Below are positions 1 through 11,002 of a stretch of DNA of 64,000 nt, piece after piece (position 1 is the first letter of the stretch; every line of letters starts with the position of its first letter). Origin of the DNA: the human T2T-CHM13v2.0 reference genome, Homo sapiens. Where the stretch lies: the NCBI RefSeq assembly GCF_009914755.1, contig NC_060933.1. The stretch is one strand, 5' to 3'. The notes below the pieces were generated by a model. The model was not told the DNA's origin. It made no database searches and was given only the letters and a program-made list of their open reading frames with translations. The position numbers and the translations under genes were made by a program.

Positions 1-1546
1 CAATGGAATGGAATCATCCGTAATGGAATGGAAAGGAATGGAATGGAATGGAATGGAATGGAATGGAATCAACACGATTGCCATCGAATGGAATGGAATG
101 GAATTAACCCGAATAGAATGGAATGGAATGGAATGGAACGGAACGGAATGGAATGGAATGGAATGGAATGGAACGGAACGGAACGGAACGGAATGGAATG
201 GAATGGAATGGAATGGAACGGAATGGAATCAACGCGAGTGCAGGGGAATGGAATGGAATGGAATGCAATGGAATGGAATCTTCCGGAATGGAATGGAATG
301 GAATGGAATGAAATGCAATGGATTCAACTCGATTGCAATGGAATGGAATAGAATGGAATGGAATGGAATGGAATGGAATTAACCCGAATAGAATGGAATG
401 GAATGGAATGGAATGGAATGGAACGGAACGGAATGGAATGGAATGGAATGGAATGGAATGGAATGGTATGGAATGGAATGGAATGGTACGGAATAGAATG
501 GAATGGAACGAATTGTAATGGAATGGAATTGAATGGAATGGAATGGAATGGAATGGAATCAACGCGAGTGCAGGGGAATGTAATGGAACGGAATGCAATT
601 TAATGGAATCATCCGGAATGGAATGGAATGGAATGGAATGGAATGGAATGGAATCAACCCGAGTGCAATGGAATGGAGTGGAATGGAATGGAATGGAATG
701 GAACAACCCGAATGGAATGGAATGTAATGGAGAGTAAGGGAGTTGAATAGAATCACTCGGAATGTAATGGAATGGAATGCAACGGAATGGAATGGAATGG
801 AATGGAATGGAAAGGAATGGAATGCAAAGGAATGGAATCAACCCGAGTGGAATGGCATGGAATGGAATGCAATGGAATGGAATGGAATGGAATCAACTCG
901 AATGGAAAGGAATGGAATGGAATGGAAAGGAATGGAATGAAATCAACTCGAGTGGAATGGAATGGAATGGATTGGAATGGATTGCAATGGTATGAAATGG
1001 AGTGGAATGGAATGGAATCAATCATTCCGAGTGGAATGGAAGGGAATGTAATGGAGTGGAAAGAAGGGAATGGAATCAACCCGATTGGAATGCAAGGCAA
1101 TGGAATGGAATGGAAAGGAATGGAATGGAATCAACTCCATTGCAATGGAATGGAATGGAATGGAATGGAATGGAATGGAATGGAATTAACCGGAATAGAA
1201 TGGAATGCAATGGAATGGAACGGAATGGAATGGAATAGAAGGTAATGGAATCAACACGGGTGCAGGGGAATGGAATGGAATGGAATGCAATGGAATGGAA
1301 TCATCCGGAATGGAATGGAATGGAATGGAATCAACTCCATTGCAATGGAATGGAATGGAATGGAATGGAATAGAATGGAATGGAATTAACCCGAATAGAA
1401 TGGAATGCAATAGAATGGAATGGAACGGAACCGAATGGAGTGGAATGGAATGGAATGGAATCAACCTGAGTGCAGAGGAATGGAATGGAATGGAATGCAA
1501 TGGAATGGAATCATCCGGAATGGAATGGAATGGAATGGAATGGAAT
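1..1546 (+). repeat. Duplicated block A, copy 1 (copy 2 at 9457-11002; offset 9456); probably extends upstream of the window
   Basis: Identical ORF pairs at a constant offset of 9456 (104..841/9560..10297; 772..1245/10228..10701). Shared private variants include GATTGCCATCG, GCAATTTAATGG, AATCACTCGG, ATAGAAGGTAATGG and CAACCTGAGTGCAGAGG. Confidence 0.93.
275..289. promoter_or_regulatory. Canonical heat-shock-element sequence gGAAt-cTTCc-gGAAt (first of ~45 copies in the window)
   Basis: Exact nGAAn-nTTCn-nGAAn match. HSF1 binding to Sat III arrays is established, but binding at these particular sites is inference. Confidence 0.5.
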
Positions 1547-2753
1547 GGAATCAACGTGAGTGCAGGGGAATGTAATGGAACGGAATGCAATCGAATGGAA
1601 TCATCCGGAATGGAATGGAATGGAATGGAATGGAATGGAATGGAATGGAATGGAATCAACACGAGTGCAATGGAATGGAGTGGAATGGAATGGAATGGAA
1701 TGGAACAACCCGAATGGAATGGAATGTAATGGAGAGTAAGGGAGTTGAATAGAATCAATTCGAATGTAATGGAATGGAATGCAACGGAATGGAATGGAAT
1801 GGAATGGAATGGAATGGAATGGAATGGAATGGAATGGAATGATACGGAATAGAATGGAATGGAACGAAATGGAATGGAATGGAATGGAATGGAATGGAAT
1901 GGAATGGAATGGAATCGTTCCGAGTGGAATAGGAGGGAATGTATTCGAGTGGAATGGAAAGGAATGGAATCAACAAGAGTGGAATGGAAGGGAATGGAAT
2001 GGAATTAACCCGAATACAATGGAAGGGAATGGAATGGAATGGAAACTAATAGAATGGAATCAACCCGAGAGGAATGGAATGGAAAGGACTGGAATGGAAT
2101 GGAATGGAATGGAATCAACTCGATTGTAATGGAATGGAATGGAATGGAATGGAATGGAATGGAATGGAATGGAATGGAATGGAATGGAATTAACCCGAAT
2201 ACAATGGAATGGAATGGAATGGAATGGAATGGAGGGGATTGGAATGGAATCAACCCGAGTGCAGGGGAATGGAATGGAATGGAATGCAATGGAATGGAAT
2301 CATCCGGAATGGAATGGAATGCAAAGCAATGGAATCAACTCGATTGCAGTGGAATGGAATGGAATGGAAAGGAATACATTGGAATCAACCAGAGTGGAAT
2401 GGAATGGAAAGGACTGGAATGGAGTGCAATGGAATGGAATGCAATGGAATGGAATGGAATGGAATCAACTTGATTGGAATGGAATGGAATGGAATGGAAT
2501 GGAGTGGAATCAACCCGACTGCAGGGGAATGGAATGGAATGGAATGCAATGGAATGGATTCAACTTGAATGGAATGGAAAGAATGGAATCAACACGAGTG
2601 GAATGGCATGGATTGGAATGGAATGGAATGGAATGAACCCGAGTACAGGGGAATGGAATGGAATGGAATGCAATGGAATGGAATCATCCGTAATGGAATG
2701 GAAAGGAATGGAATGGAATGGAATGGAATGGAATGGAATGGAATGGAATCAAC

Positions 2754-2767
2754 TCGATTGCAATCGA
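2754..2767. other. Perfect 14-bp palindrome TCGATTGCAATCGA (first of >20 copies)
   Basis: The sequence equals its own reverse complement. It lies in the recurring motif CAACTCGATTGCAATCGAATGG. Confidence 0.9.
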
Positions 2768-5700
2768 ATGGAATGGAATGGAATTAACCCAAATAGAATG
2801 GAATGGAATGGAATGGAACGGAACGGAATGGAATGGAATGGAATGGAACGGAATGGAACGGAACGGAACGGAATGGAATGGAATGGAATGGAATGGAATG
2901 GAATCAACGCGAGTGCAGGGGAATGGAATGGAATGGAATGCAATGGAATGGAATCTTCCGGAATGGAATGGAATGGAATGGAATCAACCCGAGTGAAATG
3001 GAATGGAGTGGAATGGAATGGAATGGAATGGAACAACCCGAATGGAATGGAATGTAATGGAGAGTAAGGGAGTTGAATAGAATCAATCCGAATGTAATGG
3101 AATGGAATGGAAAGGAATGGAATTGAATGGAATGGAATGGAATGCAATGGAATGGAATCAACCCGAGTTCAATGAAATGGAGAGGAATGGAATGGAATGG
3201 AATGGAAACTACCCGAATGGAATGGAATGGAATGGAGTGTAAGGGAATTGAATAGAATCAATCCGAATGTAATGGAATGGAATGGAACGGAATGGAATGG
3301 AATGGAATGGAATGCAATGGAATGGAATGGAATGCAATGGAATGGAATCAACCCGAGTGCAATCGAATGGAATCGAATGGAATGGAATGCAATGGAATGG
3401 ATTCAACTTGAATGGAATGGAAAGAATGGAATCAACACGAGTGGAATGACATGGATTGGAATGGAATGGAATGGAATCAACCCGAGTACAGGGGAATGGA
3501 ATGGAATGGAATGCAATGAAATGGAATCATCCGTAATGCAATGGAAAGGAATGGAATGGAATGGAATGGAATGGAATCAACTCGATTGCAATCGAATGGA
3601 AAGGAATGGAATTAACCCGAACAGAATGGAATGGAATGGAATGGAATGGAACGGAAAGGAAGGGAATGGAATGGAATAGAATGGAATGGAATGGAATCAA
3701 CGCGAGTGCAGGGGAATGGAATGGAATGGAATGCAATGGAATGGAATCTTCCAGAATGGAATGGAATGGAATGGAATGGAATGGAATGGAATGGAATCAA
3801 CCCGAGTGCAATGGAATGGAGTGGAATGGAATGGAATGGAATGGAACAACCCGAATGGAATGGAATGTAATGGAGAGTAAGGGAGTTGAATAGAATCAAT
3901 CCGAATGTAATGGAATGGAATGGAACGGAATGGAATTGAATGGAATGGAATGGAATGCAATGGAATGCAATCAACCCGAGTGCAATGGAATGGAGAGGAA
4001 TGGAATGGAATGGAATGGAAACTACCCGAATGGAATGGAATGTAATGGAGTGTAAGGGAATTGAATAGAATCAATCCGAATGTAATGGAAAGGAATGGAA
4101 CGGAATGGAATGGAATGGAATGGAATGGAATGGAATGGAATGGAATCAACCAGAGTGCAATCGAATGGAATCGAATGGAATGGAATGCAATGGAATGGAA
4201 TCAACTTGAATGGAATGGAAAGAATGGAATCAACACGAGTGGAATGGCATGGATTGGAATGGAATGGAATGGAATCAACCCGAGTACAGGGGAATGGAAT
4301 GGAATGGAATGCAATGGAATGGAATCATCCGTAATGGAATGGAAAGGAATGGAATGGAATGGAATGGAATGGAATGGAATGGAATCAACTCGATTGCAAT
4401 CGAATGGAATGGAATGGAATTAACCCGAATAGAATGGAATGGAATGGAATGGAACGGAACGGAATGGAATGGAATGGAATGGAACGGAACGGAATGGAAT
4501 GGATGGAATGGAATGGAATCAACGCGAGTGCAGGGGAATGGAATGGAATGGAATGCAATGGAATGGAAACTTCCGGAATGGAATGGAATGGAATGGAATG
4601 GAATGAAATGCAATGGATTCAACTCGATTGCAATGGAATGGAATAGAATGGAATGAAATGGAATGGAATGCAATTAATCCGAATAGAATGGAATGGAATG
4701 GAATGGAACGGAATGGAACATAATGGAATGGAATGGAATGGAATGGTACGGAATAGAATGGAATGGAACGAATTGTAATGGAATGGAATTGAATGGAATG
4801 GAATGGAATGGAATGGAATCAACGCGAGTGCAGGGGAATGTAATGGAACGGAATGCAATGGAATGGAATCATCCGGAATGGAATAGAATGGAATGGAATG
4901 GAATGGAATGGAATGGAATGGAATCAACCCGAGTGCAATGGAATGGAGTGGAATGGAATGGAATGGAATGGAACAACCCGAATGGAATGGAATGTAATGG
5001 AGAGTAAGGGAGTTGAATAGAATCAATCCGAATGTAATGGAATGGAATGCAACGGAATGGAATGGAATGGAATGGAATGGAATGCAATGGAATGGAATCA
5101 ACCCGAGTACAATGGAATGGAATGGAATGGAATGGAATGGAATGGAATGGAATGGAATGATACGGAACAGAATGGAATGGAACGAAATGGAATTGAATGG
5201 AAAGGAATGGAACGGAATGGAATGGAATCGTTCCGAGTGGAATAGGAGGGAATGTATTCGAGTGGAATGGAAAGGAATGGAATCAACCAGAGTGGAATCG
5301 AAGGGAATAGAATGGAATGGAAACTAATAGAATGGAATCAACCCGATTGGAATGGAATGGAAAGGACTGGAATGCAATGGAATGGAATGGAATCAACTCG
5401 TTTGTAATGGAATGGAATGGAATGGAATGGAATGGAATGGAATGGAATTAAACCGAATACAATGGAAGGGAATGGAATGGAATGGAAACTAATAGAATGG
5501 AATCAACCCGAGTGGAATGGAATGGAAAGGACTGGAATGGAATGGAATCAACTCGATTGTAATGGAATGGAATGGAATGGAATGGAATGGAATGGAATGG
5601 AATGGAATTAACCCGAATACAATGGAATGGAATGGAATGGAATGGAATGGAGTGGAATGGAATGGAATCAACCCGAGTGCAGGGGAATGGAATGGAATGG

Positions 5701-8340
5701 AATGCAATGGAATGGAATCATCCGGAATGGAATCGAATGGAATGGAATGCAAAGCAATGGAATCAACTCGATTGCAATGGAATGGAATGGAATGGAAAGG
5801 AATACATTGGAATCAACCCGAGTGGAATGGAATGGAAAGGACTGGAATGGAGTGGAATGGAATGGAATGCAATGGAATGGAATGGAATGGAATCAACTTG
5901 ATTGGAATGGAATGGAATGGAATGGAATGGAATGGAATGGAATGGAATCAACCCGACTGCAGGGGAATGGAATGGAATGGAATGCAATGGAATGGATTCA
6001 ACTTGAATGGAATGGAAAGAATGGAATCAACACGAGTGGAATGGCATGGATTGGAATGGAATGGAATGGAATGAACCCGAGTACAGGGGAATGGAATGGA
6101 ATGGAATGCAATGGAATGGAATCATCCGTAATGGAATGGAAAGGAAAGGAATGGAATGGAAAGGAATGGAATGGAATGGAATGGAATGGAATGGAATCAA
6201 CTCGATTGCAATCGAATGGAATGGAATGGAATTAACCCGAATAGAATTGAATGGAATGCAATGGAACGGAACGGAATGGAATGGAATGGAATGGAATGGA
6301 ATGGAACGGAACGGAATGGAATGGAATGGAATGGAATGGAATGGAATCAACGCGAGTGCAGAGGAATGGAATGGAATGGAATGCAATGGAATGGAATCTT
6401 CCGGAATGGAATGGAATTGAATGGAATGGAATGGAATGGTATGGAATAAACCCGAGTGCAATGGAATGGAGTGGAATGGAATGGAATGGAATGGAACAAC
6501 CCGAATGGAATGGAATGTAATGGAGAGTAAGGGAGTTGAATAGAATCAATCCGAATGTAATGGAATGGAATGGAACGGAATGGAATTGAATGGAATGGAA
6601 TGGAATGGAATGGTATGGAATCGTTCCGAGTGGAATAGGAGGGAATGTATTCGAGTGGAATGGAAAGGAATGGAATCAACCAGAGTGGCATGGAAGGGAA
6701 TGGAATGGAATGGAAACTAATAGAATGGAATCAACCCGAGTGGAACGGAATGGAAAGGACTGGAATGGAATGGAATGGAATGGAATGGAATCAAATCGAT
6801 TGTAATGGAATGGAATGGAATGGAATGGAATGGAATGGAATGGATTTAACCCGAATACAATGGAATGGAATGGAATGGAACGGAATGGAGTGGAATGGAA
6901 TGGAATCAACCCGAGTGCAGGGGAATGGAATGGAATGGAATGCAATGGAATGGAATCATCCGGAATGGAATGGAATGGAATGGAATGCAAAGCAATGGAA
7001 TCAACTCGATTGCAATGGAATGGAATGGAATGGAAAGGAATACATTGGAATCAACCCGAGTGGAATGGAATGGAAAGGACTGGAATGGAGTGGAATGGAA
7101 TGGAATGGAATGGAATGGAATCAACTCGATTGGAATGGAATGGAATGGAATGGAATGGAATGGAATGGAATTAACCCGAATAGAATGGAATGGAATGGAA
7201 TGGAAAGGAACGGAACGGAACGGAACAGAACGGAACGGAACGGAATGGAATGGAATGGAATTGAATGGAATCAACCCGACTGCAGGGGAATGGAATGGAA
7301 TGGGATGCAATGGAATGGATTCAACTTGAATGGAATGGAAAGAATGGAATCAACACGAGTGGAATGGCATGGATTGGAATGGAATGGAATGGAATCAACC
7401 CGAGTACAGGGGAATGGAATGGAATGGAATGCAATGGAATGGAATCATCAGTAATGGAATGGAAAGGAATGGAATGGAATGGAATGGAATGGAATGGAAT
7501 GGAATCGAATGGAATGGAATCAACTCGATTGCAATCGAATGGAATGGAATGGAATTAACCCGAATAGAATGGAATGGAATGGAATGGAATGGAACGGAAC
7601 GGAATGGAATGGAATGGAATGGAAAGGAATGGAACGGAAAGGAATGGAATGGAATGGAATGGAATGGAATGGAATGGAATGGAATGGAATGGAATAAACC
7701 CGAGTGCAATGGAATGGAGTGGAATGGAATGGAATGGAATGGAACAACCCGAATGGAATGGAATGTAATGGAGAGTAAGGGAGTTGAATAGAATCAATCC
7801 GAATGTAATGGAATGGAATGGAACGGAATGGAATTGAATGGAATGGAATGGAATGCAATGGAATGGAATCAACCCGAGTGCAATGGAATGGAGAGGAATG
7901 GAATGGAATGGAATGGAAACTACCCGAATGGAATGGAATGTAATGGAGTGTAAGGGAATTGAATAGAATCAATCCGAATGTAAAGGAATGGAATGGTACG
8001 GAATGGAATGGAATGGAATGGAATGGAATGGAATGCAATGGAATGGAATCAACCCGAGTGCAATCGAATGGAATCGAATGGAATGGAATGCAATGGAATG
8101 GATGCAAGTTGAATGGAATGGAAAGAATGGAATCAACACGAGTGGAAGGGCATGGATTGGAATGCAATGGAATGGAATCAACCCGAGTACAGGGGAATGG
8201 AATTGAATGGAATGCAATGGAATGGAATCATCCGTAATGGAATGGAAAGGAATGGAATGGAATGGAATGGAATGGAATGGAATGGAATGGAATGGAATCA
8301 ACTCGATTGGAATGGAATGGAATGCAATGGAATGGAATGG

Positions 8341-8427
8341 AATTAACCCGAGTAGAAAGGAATGGAATGCAATGGAATGGAATTGAATGGAATTAACCCG
8401 AGTAGAAAGGAATGGAATGCAATGGAA
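8341..8427 (+). repeat. Local 50-bp tandem duplication of AATTAACCCGAGTAGAAAGGAATGGAATGCAATGGAA
   Basis: The variant TTAACCCGAGTAGAAAGG occurs at 8343 and 8393. I did not see it elsewhere in the window. Confidence 0.85.
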
Positions 8428-9456
8428 CAGAACGGAACGGAATGGAATGGAATGGAATGGAATGGAATGGAATCAACCCGACTGCAGGGGAATGGAATGG
8501 AATGGAATGCAATGGAATGGATTCAACTTGAATGGAATGGAAAGAATGGAATCAACACTAGTGGAATGGCATGGATTGGAAAGGAATGGAATGGAATCAA
8601 CCCGAGTACAGGGGAATGGAATGGAATGGAATGCAATGGAATGGAATCATCCGTAATGGAATGGAAAGGAATGGAATGGAATGGAATGGAATGGAATGGA
8701 ATGGAATGGAATCAACTCGATTGCAATCGAATGGAATGGAATGGAATTAACCCTAATAGAATGGAATGGAATGGAATGGAACGGAAAGGAATGGAATGGA
8801 ATGGAATGGAATGGAATGGAATGGAATGGAATGGAATGGAATCAACGCGAGTGCAGGGGAATGGAATGGAATGGAATGCAATGGAATGGAATCTTCCGGA
8901 ATGGAATGGAATGGAATGGAATGGAATGGAATGGAATGGAATCAACCCGAGTGCAATGGAATGGAGTGGAATGGAATAGAATGGAATGGAACAACCCGAA
9001 TGGAATGGAATGTAATGGAGACTAAGGGAGATGAATAGAATCAATCCGAATGTAATGGAATGGAATGGAACGGAATGGAATTGAATGGAATGGAATGGAA
9101 TGCAATGGAATGGAATCAACCCGAGTGCAATGGAATGGAGAGGAATGGAATGGAATGGAATGGAAACTACCCGAATGGAATGGAATGTAATGGAGTGTAA
9201 GGGAATTGAATAGAATCAATCCGAATGTAATGGAATGGAATGGAAGGGAATGGAATGGAATGGAATGGAATGGAATGCAATGGAATGGAATCAACGCGAG
9301 TGCAATCGAATGGAATCGAATGGAATGGAATGCAATGGAATGGATTCAACTTGAATGGAATGGAAAGAATGGAATCAACACGAGTGGAAGGGCATGGATT
9401 GGAATGCAATGGAATGGAATCAACCCGAGTACAGGGGAATGGAATGGAATGGAATG

Positions 9457-11002
9457 CAATGGAATGGAATCATCCGTAATGGAATGGAAAGGAATGGAAT
9501 GGAATGGAATGGAATGGAATGGAATCAACACGATTGCCATCGAATGGAATGGAATGGAATTAACCCGAATAGAATGGAATGGAATGGAATGGAACGGAAC
9601 GGAATGGAATGGAATGGAATGGAATGGAACGGAACGGAACGGAACGGAATGGAATGGAATGGAATGGAATGGAACGGAATGGAATCAACGCGAGTGCAGG
9701 GGAATGGAATGGAATGGAATGCAATGGAATGGAATCTTCCGGAATGGAATGGAATGGAATGGAATGAAATGCAATGGATTCAACTCGATTGCAATGGAAT
9801 GGAATAGAATGGAATGGAATGGAATGGAATGGAATTAACCCGAATAGAATGGAATGGAATGGAATGGAATGGAATGGAACGGAACGGAATGGAATGGAAT
9901 GGAATGGAATGGAATGGAATGGTATGGAATGGAATGGAATGGTACGGAATAGAATGGAATGGAACGAATTGTAATGGAATGGAATTGAATGGAATGGAAT
10001 GGAATGGAATGGAATCAACGCGAGTGCAGGGGAATGTAATGGAACGGAATGCAATTTAATGGAATCATCCGGAATGGAATGGAATGGAATGGAATGGAAT
10101 GGAATGGAATCAACCCGAGTGCAATGGAATGGAGTGGAATGGAATGGAATGGAATGGAACAACCCGAATGGAATGGAATGTAATGGAGAGTAAGGGAGTT
10201 GAATAGAATCACTCGGAATGTAATGGAATGGAATGCAACGGAATGGAATGGAATGGAATGGAATGGAAAGGAATGGAATGCAAAGGAATGGAATCAACCC
10301 GAGTGGAATGGCATGGAATGGAATGCAATGGAATGGAATGGAATGGAATCAACTCGAATGGAAAGGAATGGAATGGAATGGAAAGGAATGGAATGAAATC
10401 AACTCGAGTGGAATGGAATGGAATGGATTGGAATGGATTGCAATGGTATGAAATGGAGTGGAATGGAATGGAATCAATCATTCCGAGTGGAATGGAAGGG
10501 AATGTAATGGAGTGGAAAGAAGGGAATGGAATCAACCCGATTGGAATGCAAGGCAATGGAATGGAATGGAAAGGAATGGAATGGAATCAACTCCATTGCA
10601 ATGGAATGGAATGGAATGGAATGGAATGGAATGGAATGGAATTAACCGGAATAGAATGGAATGCAATGGAATGGAACGGAATGGAATGGAATAGAAGGTA
10701 ATGGAATCAACACGGGTGCAGGGGAATGGAATGGAATGGAATGCAATGGAATGGAATCATCCGGAATGGAATGGAATGGAATGGAATCAACTCCATTGCA
10801 ATGGAATGGAATGGAATGGAATGGAATAGAATGGAATGGAATTAACCCGAATAGAATGGAATGCAATAGAATGGAATGGAACGGAACCGAATGGAGTGGA
10901 ATGGAATGGAATGGAATCAACCTGAGTGCAGAGGAATGGAATGGAATGGAATGCAATGGAATGGAATCATCCGGAATGGAATGGAATGGAATGGAATGGA
11001 AT
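9457..11002 (+). repeat. Duplicated block A, copy 2
   Basis: Matches 1-1546 including pentamer counts. The match ends where copy 1 continues towards TCAACGTGAG and copy 2 continues TCAAACCGAG. Confidence 0.93.

Noticed and set aside
241-260. G-quadruplex at CAGGGGAATGG motifs
   Set aside because: Only isolated G4/G3 tracts among GG dinucleotides are present, and there are no four closely spaced G3+ runs.
281-288. TTCCGGAA as a STAT (GAS) site
   Set aside because: Canonical GAS sites are TTC-N3/N4-GAA. Here the spacer is N2, which fits HSE geometry instead.
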